Source: a virus (taxonomy: Duplodnaviria > Heunggongvirae > Uroviricota > Caudoviricetes). Taken from it: a stretch of DNA of 64,000 nt. Below, one piece after another: positions 1-10,177 of the stretch (positions within the stretch are counted from its first letter, which is position 1; the number at the start of each line of letters is the position of its first letter). The position numbers were made by a program, and so were the translations under genes. The notes below the pieces were generated by a model. It ran no database searches. It saw only the letters and a program-made list of their open reading frames with translations, and was not told where the DNA came from. The stretch covers positions 1 to 64,000 of the IMG/VR virus record IMGVR_UViG_3300037010_001573; one strand, 5' to 3'.

Positions 1-167
1 TAGAACCATCAAATGGAGCATCAAGCACAAAAATTTGTTTTGATTGTAATTTCATAACTTTTATTTTAAATTGTTTATATTTCTTTAATATAAAGATACG
101 AATAAAAAAACTAATAACAAAAAAAAAGACTCAATTTCTTGAGTCTCTTTAATTTGAATTAACCTAA

Positions 168-782
168 TTACCCTAATGATGTTTCATTAAACATTTCTGT
201 TTCATCTTCATCTTCGGCAACATAAACAGTAAGATCATTTTTATTTTGAAGTATAGGATCTACAATAATACTACCACCATCTCCACCATCTTCACCAACA
301 ATTTCATTTTCTGGAATTAATGGTTTCTCTATTGCTTTAGGACGACCTCTTTGGATTGTCCCACCTGCTTCTATAATTGCTTGGCGTTCTGCAAACTTTT
401 GTTGTCTTGCTGAATTCTCATTTACTGGTCTGCCTTTAGCTAACAAACCAGCTGCTAAAGCTGCTTCTCTGGCTGCTATTCTCATTTGACGAGTACTTGT
501 TAAATCAACTTTTCTACCTTTAGGTAATTCCCCACCTGCTGCTAATCTAGCTGCTTCAATAGCTGCTAAACGTTTTTGTCTTTCACTATTTGGATTGATT
601 TTTCTACCCAATACTTTTTCTTCAACAACAGCTTCTTCTACTTTATCTTCAATAGCTGCTGTATTAGCATCTAAAAGTTCTTGTAAAACAACTGTTTTCA
701 TTAGGTTAGGTGCTTTTTCTGTTTCGATACCTAACTCTTTTACTTTTGCAATGATTTCATTACGTGACATTTGTGTGTTCAT
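168..782 (-). CDS. HeH/Rho_N-like N-terminal domain protein with three ~30-aa tandem repeats (GRKxNxxSxRQxRxAAxEAAxxAG)
   Basis: ORF track; N-terminus resembles the Rho N-terminal/SAP helix-extension-helix; internal repeats visible in the translation. Confidence 0.45.
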   Translation of the reverse strand: MNTQMSRNEIIAKVKELGIETEKAPNLMKTVVLQELLDANTAAIEDKVEEAVVEEKVLGRKINPNSERQKRLAAIEAARLAAGGELPKGRKVDLTSTRQMRIAAREAALAAGLLAKGRPVNENSARQQKFAERQAIIEAGGTIQRGRPKAIEKPLIPENEIVGEDGGDGGSIIVDPILQNKNDLTVYVAEDEDETEMFNETSLG

Positions 783-821
783 AACCTTGATTTTTGAATT
801 ATTAAATTATTTATTGTTTTA

Positions 822-866
822 AACTCTGATATAAAATTAATTAAAATTTCTAATATAACCAAATTT
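822..866 (-). promoter_or_regulatory. conserved promoter-like motif, variant (TTGGTTATATTAGAAATTTTAATTAATTTTATATCAGAG on the minus strand)
   Basis: upstream of the 168..782 start; second copy at 908..955. Confidence 0.4.
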
Positions 867-907
867 ATTTTTAATTGTTTTTATTTTCTTTTTTAATTAA
901 TTACCTT

Positions 908-955
908 TTTAACTCTGATATAAAATTACGAATATTAATTCATGTAACCAAATTT
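908..955 (-). promoter_or_regulatory. conserved promoter-like motif, variant
   Basis: near-identical to 14183..14226. Confidence 0.4.
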
Positions 956-1436
956 AATTATGTAAATTTTTAAAGTATTTTATAATCGCCTTTTATACGA
1001 CGTCGTGTGTATCATTTATTATATAAGACAAAGGTAGCACCGTATGTGATATAGGTGCGCTGGATTATTTATTTTATTAGTAATTAATTAATGTTTGTTT
1101 GGTTCTGGTGCATCATGCGCTGCTCTTTTTTAACCCTTAGTACCTATTAACATTATTTAATTTATGTGTTTGTATTATATTACGTGTTGGATATGCTGGT
1201 GGTTGCCTCGAACCTCTTTTTTAACCCTTAGTATATTCCTGTATTATTATACGTGTATAAATATGTAATAGTATGGAGAAACGGAAAGGACCTTTACGGT
1301 CCTGTTTATTTTTTTCTCTTTTTCTATCGTATTTCTTCTTGTTTTTCTGGACTAGATGTCTTGAAGCCGCCCATTGTTCTTGTAATGTGAATACTACTGT
1401 CTTCATTTGTTATGTAATATGTTAATTATTAATGTG

Positions 1437-1817
1437 TTATACTTCTTTAAATGATTCTGTGTTATTGAATGGTATTAACCCATCACTATCATATAGATAC
1501 ATATTTCCTCTTCCTCGACGAAAAAAAGATAATTCATTATTCCTTTTAACAAAAAAACCTGTGCTGTTATTATATCCATCTAAATAATATCCACGCCCAA
1601 TAATAAGATCCTCTGGTTGTGTTGGGTTATGTTTTCGTTCTATTAGTTGGAGATTGTGGATATTAATATTATTATCCAAATTGTCTTCAGTATATCCTAA
1701 TACAATCACACGAACACTATCACTATCAACTTTAGATATTATTCCTATTGAATTTAATGGTAATCTACCACAATTTGCTAATACTTTAACTATATCACCA
1801 ATAAAAGCACTTTCCAT
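1437..1817 (-). CDS. hypothetical protein
   Basis: 126-aa ORF, same strand as neighbours, compact spacing. Confidence 0.4.
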   Translation of the reverse strand: MESAFIGDIVKVLANCGRLPLNSIGIISKVDSDSVRVIVLGYTEDNLDNNINIHNLQLIERKHNPTQPEDLIIGRGYYLDGYNNSTGFFVKRNNELSFFRRGRGNMYLYDSDGLIPFNNTESFKEV

Positions 1818-2443
1818 AACAAAAAAAAATTTAATTTAAAAAACAAAAAAAAAATTTAAAAAACAAAAAAAAACATTTATAGAGCATTAAAAATAAACAT
1901 GCTAACAAAAAAACATTTCATATATACATTTGGTTTTACGGAGTGGGGATGTGGCGATGCGTAACTTTTTGCCCAAAGACAAAACACCACATATCCCTTG
2001 CTATATTTGTTTTCCACATATAATAGCGCTTGCTAACAAAAAAACGATAACCAACCTCTATGGTTATCCACCCTTTCATTTTGTCTTACACCCTTCACCC
2101 TTTTCTTCAACTACCCGTATTCATCGGCTTTATGCGCATTTTTACGCGAATATTTGCATTATCTATTGATTTACATATCCCTTGGTGACTGCATACGTAA
2201 CATGTTGTTTAACATATGAACCATATATATTGCGTGTTCTTTCGTATCAAAACAAATAACTTCATTATAACCTAAAAGTATTATTGTTTCTCTAACCAAA
2301 CAAATAGATCCGATTTGAGTTACACCGGGTATTATTACAATGACATCTATATCGTTTTTGGTGTGTTGATTATATATTCTATTTATTCCCATATGCCCGT
2401 TTCTTATTAACATGGTGTTTTAGTTTTCTGAGTTATTTTGTCC

Positions 2444-3439
2444 TTAAGGTTTGGTTATTTGAATCATTTTTTTGATGAATTGTCGTCTTATTTCCATTCC
2501 TTGATGAATGTTATGTATTAATATCCACCATGAACCTGTTTTATTTCCATTATACCCATTATACATTAATTCATTTGTTATAGAATCTCGTTGTAACATG
2601 AATTCAGGGTGTAAGTCTTTGTTTGGTCTTTGGGAATGGAAATGGTTAAGTATTAATTCTACCTCTTCATCATTGAAACCACATTTGTGTTCTATTAAAA
2701 CGCATATATATTCCCAATCATCTTTTTTTTTATATGTTTTTAGATGTTTTAATAATATTTTATATAATTCATATAATGATCTGTGTGGTTTTGTGATTTG
2801 AATCATTTTTTCGATGAATTGTCGTCTTATTTCACGTCCACGTTTTTTATCAATACCCATACACCACCATACTGAACTCTTATCCTTGAACATTATTGTA
2901 TCATCAACACCACCTAACATTTGAGTAAATTCTATATGTTGGGTTTTACTTGGTTTTTGTGATTGAAAGTGTTTGAATAATATTATTTTTTCTTCATTTG
3001 TTATAGATAATGCATTGATACTATTACATATGAATAATTCACCAATATTATTATCCTCGACATTATTGTAGTGTTTCAGTAATATTTTATATAATTCGTA
3101 TATTGGTTTTGGTTTTGGTTTTGTGATTTGAATCATTTTTTTGATAAATTTTATGCGAATTGCTAAACCCGTTTTATAATCTTTCCCAACTAAATACCAC
3201 CACATCCCACCACCCATAAATTCATCACATTTATAGAATTCTGAATGTTGATCTTTATTTGGTTTTTGTGATTGAAAGTGTTCTAACAATAACCCCTTTT
3301 CTTTCCTTGTTATATCAAGATTATTTGTAATTACCTTACATATGAATGGGTATTGTCTTAATGAAGATGTTTCTTCATTTCCTGTATATTTTTGTAATTC
3401 TGTTAGAAGAATAACATACAATTCATTTATTGTTCTCAT
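2444..3439 (-). CDS. hypothetical protein made of three ~105-aa repeats, each ending RRQFIxKMIQITKP
   Basis: triplicated protein and nucleotide repeats (gtgatttgaatcattttttcgatgaattgtcgtc at ~2450, 2800, 3125). Confidence 0.5.
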   Translation of the reverse strand: MRTINELYVILLTELQKYTGNEETSSLRQYPFICKVITNNLDITRKEKGLLLEHFQSQKPNKDQHSEFYKCDEFMGGGMWWYLVGKDYKTGLAIRIKFIKKMIQITKPKPKPIYELYKILLKHYNNVEDNNIGELFICNSINALSITNEEKIILFKHFQSQKPSKTQHIEFTQMLGGVDDTIMFKDKSSVWWCMGIDKKRGREIRRQFIEKMIQITKPHRSLYELYKILLKHLKTYKKKDDWEYICVLIEHKCGFNDEEVELILNHFHSQRPNKDLHPEFMLQRDSITNELMYNGYNGNKTGSWWILIHNIHQGMEIRRQFIKKMIQITKP

Positions 3440-3464
3440 AATATTTGTTGTTTTAAATTATGTT

Positions 3465-3503
3465 ATAAAATTAAGAAAGAAGGCTCGTATAAACAAGCCT
3501 TCT
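3465..3503 (-). terminator. rho-independent terminator (GAAGGCUUGUUUAUACGAGCCUUC plus U-tract)
   Basis: 7-bp GC stem and T-run on the coding (minus) strand, downstream of the 3531..4376 stop; identical copy at 10122..10160. Confidence 0.65.
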
Positions 3504-3530
3504 ATCAATTTTTCACAAATTATTTTTTTA

Positions 3531-4376
3531 TTATCTATTTAATAATATATTCCCGGATGAACCAAAAACGTTATTAGCACCATATGGAGATACTCCTTGT
3601 TGAGCCCATATTCTGTCTGTTTCTGCTTTATACAATTCAATCATTTTAGGTTGTGATAATATTTCTTTAGTTTTAGCATCATACTGAGCAGCTTCATAAT
3701 TACCTTTAGCTACTGCTACTTTTTGTAATGCTGCTTGTTCCGCTTGTACAGTTTGTGATTTAATAGTGGCTGTTTCTTGAATTACTTTAATTTTTCTATT
3801 AATAGCATCTCTATATGATGTTGGAATCGCCATTTTTAGAATTGCTAAATTATTTAAATTAAATCCTTCTTTATCCAACAGTTTAGCTAAATCTTTATTC
3901 ACATTAGCTTCATAGATATTCCGGTGTTGTAGTAATGAATCCGAAGCAAATGTGACAGCGTCATCTAATAGTACTTTTCTTACAATGGTTTTAACTCGAG
4001 TATCAATTAAAGCAGGCATATCTACTCTATACTTAGTAAATAATTCAGCAGCATGTTCTCTTTGTAATTGTAGATTTATAGCTACATCTAAACCGAATGT
4101 TGCTCCATCTCCTGACGTTACATCAATGTGTTCATCTGATGGTGAATCTTCATTTTTATCAGCTGTCCATACTTTGTGTTGTACATTTGTTGGATATAAA
4201 AACACATCTTGTGTTGGTGGGAAATAGAAAATCAATCCTGATTCCATTTGGACATTTGGTGTTCCTTTAGAACTTCCAATTTGATCTACAACTAATGCTA
4301 CTTCTGCTGAATCTGCTGTTGTACATGATGATACACCTACCATCACTAATGCTAACATAACTAGTAATTTCTTCAT
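3531..4376 (-). CDS. SPFH/band-7-like lipoprotein
   Basis: signal peptide with lipobox (MLALVMVGVSSC); prohibitin/band-7-like central region. Confidence 0.5.
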   Translation of the reverse strand: MKKLLVMLALVMVGVSSCTTADSAEVALVVDQIGSSKGTPNVQMESGLIFYFPPTQDVFLYPTNVQHKVWTADKNEDSPSDEHIDVTSGDGATFGLDVAINLQLQREHAAELFTKYRVDMPALIDTRVKTIVRKVLLDDAVTFASDSLLQHRNIYEANVNKDLAKLLDKEGFNLNNLAILKMAIPTSYRDAINRKIKVIQETATIKSQTVQAEQAALQKVAVAKGNYEAAQYDAKTKEILSQPKMIELYKAETDRIWAQQGVSPYGANNVFGSSGNILLNR

Positions 4377-4388
4377 TTTAATTTGTTT

Positions 4389-4571
4389 TTATTGTTTATA
4401 TTTGAAATTTGTGAAAAGCTTTGTTTTTATTGCAATGTATAGTACTAATACAATTCCTAATATTGCTAATACATTAACCAATGTATTTGCTTTATTTAAT
4501 AATGTTATTAGATTCATCATTGCTATGATACTAAGGAATATTCCTACAGGTACTATAAAATATTTTTTCAT
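4389..4571 (-). CDS. small membrane protein
   Basis: 60-aa hydrophobic ORF; a further ~30-aa hydrophobic ORF (MEKLIVLIAVMFLIFILGFVVGSEQNEKNT) lies unlisted at ~4580-4670. Confidence 0.35.
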   Translation of the reverse strand: MKKYFIVPVGIFLSIIAMMNLITLLNKANTLVNVLAILGIVLVLYIAIKTKLFTNFKYKQ

Positions 4572-4675
4572 TATTTTTTATTTAAGTGTTTTTTTCGTTT
4601 TGTTCGGAACCCACCACAAACCCTAATATGAATATTAGAAACATTACAGCTATTAATACTATTAATTTTTCCATT

Positions 4676-4720
4676 TTAACTTTTTGATAAAATTACGAAT
4701 AAAATTTCTACAATCCAAAT
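4676..4720 (-). promoter_or_regulatory. conserved ~45-nt promoter-like motif (minus strand TTGGATTGTAGAAATTTTATTCGTAATTTTATCAAAAAG)
   Basis: TTGGNT, N17, CGTAATTTTA architecture; followed within ~10 nt by the ATG of a small ORF. Confidence 0.5.
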
Positions 4721-4960
4721 TTATTTTAATAAATTCCCAAAAAAAGAAGTTATTGTATTAAAAATATACGAGGCTGATTCAACATCATGACATTCAACAA
4801 TTTCATCATTACCCAATTCTATTCGAACCCCATATATGTTTGGGTAACTAATAGTACTTGATGTTATTATTATTGATGTCCTTGGTGTTTTGGCTTTTTC
4901 ATTGTATATTCTTGATATACCACCAACACCCACTGTAAGTTTCATTCCTGTAGCCGCCAT
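4721..4960 (-). CDS. hypothetical protein
   Basis: ORF track. Confidence 0.3.
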   Translation of the reverse strand: MAATGMKLTVGVGGISRIYNEKAKTPRTSIIITSSTISYPNIYGVRIELGNDEIVECHDVESASYIFNTITSFFGNLLK

Positions 4961-4964
4961 TTGT

Positions 4965-5603
4965 TTATTTTTTAATTTTTAATTTATCGACATTTATACC
5001 AAATTTATCAGCAATTTCATCCATTGTAAGACATATTTCTTTTTCTTCAACAATCTCAGCCCAAACACCATTTTTATATATACATAAATGATCAAATCGC
5101 CCTGTCATAGAATAACCATCGGTTTTTGTTTCACATTTATCAGAAAATATAGATAAACCTGTATGTAAATCATATTTAAATGATATATTTCCTGATTTAG
5201 TCCAAACTTCATAACCTTTTACAGGAATAAATGAACAACCATCAACAAAACCACGTTTAATTGCTTCTTGTATAAAAGCTTTCTCTATTTCTTCTTGAGT
5301 TGCAAGACGGCATTTAAGACTGTTTTTATTTAAACTAAGCCAAGACCATGTCTGATTTCCCATATCATGCCATATTCCTCTCCAAAAACCATACACACGA
5401 CTGGAGCCTTCTTCATCATATGCAAATATATAGGTTTCACCTTTACTTTGATGAATATAAAAAGTATGTACTTTTTTAATAAGATAAGAAGAAAAAATAT
5501 CTGGGAATGTTGCTTCTAATTTTTGTTTCCATGTAGAACACGCTGATTCATATGCTTCTAATACGAATTGTTCAGACACTTGGTAATGTTTTTCTGATTT
5601 CAT
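4965..5603 (-). CDS. hypothetical protein; C-terminal 27 aa identical to ORF 6430..6870
   Basis: shared ~80-bp 3' end. Confidence 0.45.
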   Translation of the reverse strand: MKSEKHYQVSEQFVLEAYESACSTWKQKLEATFPDIFSSYLIKKVHTFYIHQSKGETYIFAYDEEGSSRVYGFWRGIWHDMGNQTWSWLSLNKNSLKCRLATQEEIEKAFIQEAIKRGFVDGCSFIPVKGYEVWTKSGNISFKYDLHTGLSIFSDKCETKTDGYSMTGRFDHLCIYKNGVWAEIVEEKEICLTMDEIADKFGINVDKLKIKK

Positions 5604-5935
5604 TTTATTTAATTACTTTAAAGTGAATATGTTTTGGGAATGTCCCAAATACAAATTTAGTTACATCACATAACCAAACTGATTTAATACCTAAATGATA
5701 TAAACACCCGTTTGGTGGTGTTTTCATAATACGTTTTAATGTTTCATACCCATCAATGGGTTCTGTTGATAACATTATACTAACAGTTTCATTATTATTT
5801 GATAGATAATCTAATAAAGTATCAGCACCACCTACAAATGGTAGGGCTCCTTTTGGTCCTGTCCATTCTGGTAAATCTATATATCAATTATTGTCTTCTT
5901 TATTGAAATCATATTTTACCATATTATTTTTATTA

Positions 5936-5980
5936 TTTTAACCTTTTGGTAAAATTACGACTTTAGATTTTACAATCCAA
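5936..5980 (-). promoter_or_regulatory. conserved promoter-like motif (TTGGATTGTAAAATCTAAAGTCGTAATTTTACCAAAAGGTTAAAA)
   Basis: same element; ATG at 5925. Confidence 0.5.
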
Positions 5981-6428
5981 CTACTTTTTCAATTATTTTT
6001 TTAACTAAAGATATATCTGCCCTTCCATTAAATCTTTTATTAAATTCACCTAATGTTTTCCCGACCAAAGCTTGTTGATTAGGAACAACTCCAATTAAAT
6101 CGGAAACAATACCTCGAATTGATATTTCAATATTTTCTTCAGACATTGGTTTAGGTAAATATACTCGTAAAACATCAGCCTCATCGGATTCAGCTTGAGC
6201 TTGTTCAACCCTACATGCCTTTTCATATATAGACTGGGATTCTTCACGTTGTTTTATTGCTTTGATAATAATCTTCAAAACTTCAGCATCATTCGGTTCC
6301 CAATTTGGGTTAGATTTTTCAGCTTCAACTATTTTCGCTTTAACACTACTTAAAGATGCTTTTGCTATTTGGTTTTGTGTTTTCATTGCATTAATGAAAT
6401 CACTATATATTTGTTCTTTTAAAGACAT
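5970..6428 (-). CDS. hypothetical protein
   Basis: ORF track. Confidence 0.4.
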   Translation of the reverse strand: MSLKEQIYSDFINAMKTQNQIAKASLSSVKAKIVEAEKSNPNWEPNDAEVLKIIIKAIKQREESQSIYEKACRVEQAQAESDEADVLRVYLPKPMSEENIEISIRGIVSDLIGVVPNQQALVGKTLGEFNKRFNGRADISLVKKIIEKVVGL

Positions 6429-6429
6429 A

Positions 6430-6870
6430 TTATTTTTTAATTTTTAATTTATCGACATTTATACCAAATTTATCAGCAATTTCATCCATTGTAAGACATA
6501 TTTCTTTTTCTTCTTTAGCATAATTCCACACTTTTGTAGCCACCACGTCTATTACCATTTCACAGGTTGTTGCTAAACACCATGCTATAAATTTATTTTG
6601 TTTTTTAGCAATTACAAATCTTCTAACAAATGAAATATTATCATCACTAACTAACATCCACATTCCGTTTAGTTTTTTATCCAAAGGATCTGTTAAATAT
6701 ATTGATGGGTATTCATCCCATGTTTGGTATTTACCATCTTTAGTATATTTCCCCCCAGTTGATGTTTTTATAGGATAATAATCACCCTCTGTGGTTGATA
6801 ATATTGTTACCTTTCCATCTTGAATAGTCCACACTGTGTCTCCTTCTTTTAAATCTTCAGATCTTTTCAT
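6430..6870 (-). CDS. hypothetical protein (paralogous 3' end with 4965..5603)
   Basis: ORF track; identical C-terminal EEKEICLTMDEIADKFGINVDKLKIKK. Confidence 0.45.
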   Translation of the reverse strand: MKRSEDLKEGDTVWTIQDGKVTILSTTEGDYYPIKTSTGGKYTKDGKYQTWDEYPSIYLTDPLDKKLNGMWMLVSDDNISFVRRFVIAKKQNKFIAWCLATTCEMVIDVVATKVWNYAKEEKEICLTMDEIADKFGINVDKLKIKK

Positions 6871-7007
6871 TGTTATTCGTTTATTATTAAATATCTTAAC
6901 CCTGATTCTGTTTTTTTAACTATTCCACTTTCTACTATAGTTTGGGTTTGTTTTGTGTTTTGTTGAAACATTATAGATAATGTTTGTTCCATATAAATTA
7001 ATTTCAT

Positions 7008-7055
7008 ATTTTTAACTTTTGGATAAAATTACGACTTTAAATTCTATAAACCAAG
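7008..7055 (-). promoter_or_regulatory. conserved promoter-like motif
   Basis: same element; followed by a short ORF start (~7006). Confidence 0.5.
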
Positions 7056-7058
7056 TTT

Positions 7059-7667
7059 TCAATTCATTTTTCTAAAACTTTTAATTTTATCAAAACCTTT
7101 ATTTTCTATTTTTTGAATATCAGTTTGATTATCTTGTCTTGCTTGAGATTGGTCTATTTTTTTAGCTAAGTATTCTTGTATCCATCTATATACGTCTTGA
7201 GATGTCACAAATTTGGTAATAGGTGTAGATGACAATAAGGGGTATTTAGAAAAGTCCTCTTTTGTTACATCGGAACAGTACCAAGATTTACAATTGTATA
7301 TGATTGGGCAGTTATACTTATCATTTAGATATTCATAACCACTTTTAATACTGTCTGCAATGAACATGTTATTTCGTCTACCGTTTATATATCCGATATT
7401 AACCCTATAGTGTCCTTCTTTTTTATACCATTTATTACTTGTATCAAATTGTTTAATATCTTTACTAAAGTAGAAATCTTCTCCATTATTGTAAATTTGT
7501 ACCATGTTCCCTCCAATGATGAAAGTTAAAACATACATATCACACCCTATGTGGTTTGAATTTTCTACTACAAACTCACCTTTTCTTTCTAGGATTAATT
7601 TAGGATCTTCTCCCCAAACTCCCGAAAGATAATCGTAGTAGTCCTTGTATTTCGACAAAATCTTCAT
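7059..7667 (-). CDS. hypothetical protein
   Basis: ORF track. Confidence 0.4.
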   Translation of the reverse strand: MKILSKYKDYYDYLSGVWGEDPKLILERKGEFVVENSNHIGCDMYVLTFIIGGNMVQIYNNGEDFYFSKDIKQFDTSNKWYKKEGHYRVNIGYINGRRNNMFIADSIKSGYEYLNDKYNCPIIYNCKSWYCSDVTKEDFSKYPLLSSTPITKFVTSQDVYRWIQEYLAKKIDQSQARQDNQTDIQKIENKGFDKIKSFRKMN

Positions 7668-7679
7668 ATTATATTTTTT

Positions 7680-8063
7680 TTAATGAGTATGACGTTTATC
7701 TTTCATAATTGCTAAACGTTCATTTATTCTTTGACAAATTGTATTAATACCATGCTCATAAGGTGACCATGTTTTCATTAAATGGTTTGGTATTTCAATA
7801 AAACTATCATGCTTATCCGATACATCAAATCCTCTGAGTCTACATTCTCTATATAGTTTTTTATATCTATCTCTAATATATCCTATTTTATCATAGAAGA
7901 AAGTAACATGGCCTGTACCTAATCTAAAATGTTTTGGTATGTTTTCAATTTTGGCACGTCCTGATTTTATTGTATTAGGAATTCGGGTTATTTCTCTATG
8001 TTCCGCTCTCAAATGAGCATCACATAATTCAGCGGGTGGGATCCAGCAGTTTATTCTAGTCAT
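7680..8063 (-). CDS. denV: endonuclease V (pyrimidine-dimer DNA glycosylase), T4 DenV-like
   Basis: N-terminal MTRIN...AELCDAHLRAEHREITRI and GTGHVTFFYDK match T4 endoV [27 protein letters not shown] / GAGHVTFFYDK. Confidence 0.8.
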   Translation of the reverse strand: MTRINCWIPPAELCDAHLRAEHREITRIPNTIKSGRAKIENIPKHFRLGTGHVTFFYDKIGYIRDRYKKLYRECRLRGFDVSDKHDSFIEIPNHLMKTWSPYEHGINTICQRINERLAIMKDKRHTH

Positions 8064-8079
8064 AACTTTTATTTTTAAA

Positions 8080-8112
8080 TCTTATATAAAGATAATAAAA
8101 AAGGCTCGGTAA
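8080..8112 (-). terminator. rho-independent terminator, family GGCUUGGUUUACCGAGCC plus UUUUUUAUUAUCUUU
   Basis: follows the ligase stop; the same ~40-nt element recurs at 22917, 23404, 25284 and 38039. Confidence 0.7.
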
Positions 8113-8145
8113 ACCAAGCCTTTTAAAAATTTCCTAAATATTTTA

Positions 8146-9267
8146 TTACTTTAAATCAAATCTATCAATTGCTATTACTTTAGGAAAACGAAGTGAACCA
8201 TCTGTTGTTTTTTCAAAATATTTAACTGTAGCTTGTTTTCCTATAAGTGTATCTTTAATTTGAAATAATTCTTCCAAATACGTCATAGTTCCATTAACAG
8301 TAGCGTTAAACTGTACACCTTCTTGTGTCTTAAATGACAATGTTGCTAATTTACCACTAAATTTTCCTATTCCTTCTTCGTAACCAATGATCTCAAATTC
8401 ATCATCATGAAACGTCTTATGTTTTAGTAAATTATTTGAACGTTTATTTTCATATAATGAATCTAAAACACGAAGCATTTGACCTTCATACCCTAGTTCA
8501 ATATATTCCATTAATTTTATTTTAACTTCACTCTCATTGTTGACTATTTCGTAATCAACAAACACAAATTTAGGATCATTTATTCTATTAACAATTTGTT
8601 GAAGTAAAACCATTCTATCTTCATACCCACGTTCAATCCCATCTATGTAAGGTAAATCATAAACATGATATTCAATAAAATTACGAGATATTGCTAGATC
8701 TTCCATTGTTGGTTTTGTTTTACGAACACATGATATAATAGTGTTAAAATCAACTTCTTTATCTGATGTATATAACTCACCATCTAATATTAGATCTGGA
8801 TTTTCCTCAAACAGATGCTCGAGTATTCTGAATATATGTGGGGCTGATATTATTTTTTTACCATTACGAGACCACATACCATTTGCTTTTAATGTACATC
8901 TAACACCATCTAGTTTATATGAACTACCTAAAGGGTATTTTACTTTATCTAACCGCTTATCAAAATCCTGGGCTAGCATTGGTTGATAAAATACTTCTTT
9001 ATCACAATCAGATATATCTTCCCAATAACCTAATTCTTTACGTTTACTCCATAAAGATGTAGCTTCAGCTATTGCTTGTTGTTCGGCTGTTGTTGCATTT
9101 TTCTTATTTGTGTTTTTAGGAGTACATTTAGTCCAATCCCCAGTAAACATTTTCATCCCTACAAACCCTGTTGTGGTTCTAAAACTGTCACCATCTACTT
9201 CTATAAACCACTCGTTTATATTGTTTTTACTATTTGAACGTTTATATAACGTTGGGAATACTTTCAT
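8146..9267 (-). CDS. ATP-dependent DNA ligase
   Basis: KxDG adenylation motif (YKLDGVRC), OB-fold-like C-terminus; 373 aa. Confidence 0.75.
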   Translation of the reverse strand: MKVFPTLYKRSNSKNNINEWFIEVDGDSFRTTTGFVGMKMFTGDWTKCTPKNTNKKNATTAEQQAIAEATSLWSKRKELGYWEDISDCDKEVFYQPMLAQDFDKRLDKVKYPLGSSYKLDGVRCTLKANGMWSRNGKKIISAPHIFRILEHLFEENPDLILDGELYTSDKEVDFNTIISCVRKTKPTMEDLAISRNFIEYHVYDLPYIDGIERGYEDRMVLLQQIVNRINDPKFVFVDYEIVNNESEVKIKLMEYIELGYEGQMLRVLDSLYENKRSNNLLKHKTFHDDEFEIIGYEEGIGKFSGKLATLSFKTQEGVQFNATVNGTMTYLEELFQIKDTLIGKQATVKYFEKTTDGSLRFPKVIAIDRFDLK

Positions 9268-9270
9268 AAC

Positions 9271-10095
9271 TTATTTCTTTTTAAATTGTTCAAACCATTT
9301 TCTTGTTATATTATCATTCTCATCTGTAAACTTATCAAGTTCTGACGAAGGCATTTTCATAAGATAATTGAGTTGATTCAATATTTCAGCCTCACTATAA
9401 CTTCTTTCTTTTTGATAGTCTGCACCATTATTATAAGCATTTGTAACAATACTATGTAAACTTGTAGGAAAATCTTTTCCAACATTAATATCTATATAAT
9501 AAGACAATAATTGTTCTAATGATAAAGATTCTTCAATTGTTTCTTGTTTAGGTTCTTCGATATAATCTTCCAATGATGCACGTTCAAAATCTTCGTCATT
9601 TATAAAAATAGGTTCTTCTTTTGGAATGATGATTTTGTAATTTCTTAAATCTCCTCGACCTTTCCAATTACAATCGTCATTACCGCTTACTGCACTAATT
9701 TCAGCAACAGAAGTCTTGATTCCGTGAAACTTTTCAACCTCAATAAACTCACAACTTGGATTCTTAACAAACCATTCTAGAAACTCATTATTAATAGCTT
9801 GTACTCCATCTGCAATCAAATCTTGGTCTGTTGTTAAAATAATTTTTTTACCTTTGGGTTTAAAAACATTTTTGACATCATCACTTGTGAATTTATAAGC
9901 TATTTTATTAGCTCCAATAAAATACTCCCCTTCTTTAATTTTTTCATCATTAGTGATGTAGATGTTTTGGTTTTTATATTTATGAAAATTTTTATAAAAT
10001 TCTGTAAGTAAACTAGTAGAGTCAAGATTCAATCTATCTTCTATTTTCAATAACCTACTTGGTTTATCTGTTCGTAATACGTGTATGTTTTTCAT
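9271..10095 (-). CDS. hypothetical protein
   Basis: ORF track. Confidence 0.4.
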   Translation of the reverse strand: MKNIHVLRTDKPSRLLKIEDRLNLDSTSLLTEFYKNFHKYKNQNIYITNDEKIKEGEYFIGANKIAYKFTSDDVKNVFKPKGKKIILTTDQDLIADGVQAINNEFLEWFVKNPSCEFIEVEKFHGIKTSVAEISAVSGNDDCNWKGRGDLRNYKIIIPKEEPIFINDEDFERASLEDYIEEPKQETIEESLSLEQLLSYYIDINVGKDFPTSLHSIVTNAYNNGADYQKERSYSEAEILNQLNYLMKMPSSELDKFTDENDNITRKWFEQFKKK

Positions 10096-10121
10096 AACAT
10101 TTATTGTTTTAAATTATGTTA

Positions 10122-10160
10122 TAAAATTAAGAAAGAAGGCTCGTATAAACAAGCCTTCTA
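10122..10160 (-). terminator. rho-independent terminator (same family as 3465..3503)
   Basis: identical hairpin, downstream of the 10178..10630 stop. Confidence 0.65.
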
Positions 10161-10177
10161 TCAAATATTTTGAATAT

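Noticed and set aside
1930-2169. Plus-strand 79-aa ORF in the 1.8-2.2 kb gap
   Set aside because: Opposite to the uniform gene orientation and lying in an A-rich low-complexity spacer; more likely a noncoding or regulatory spacer.
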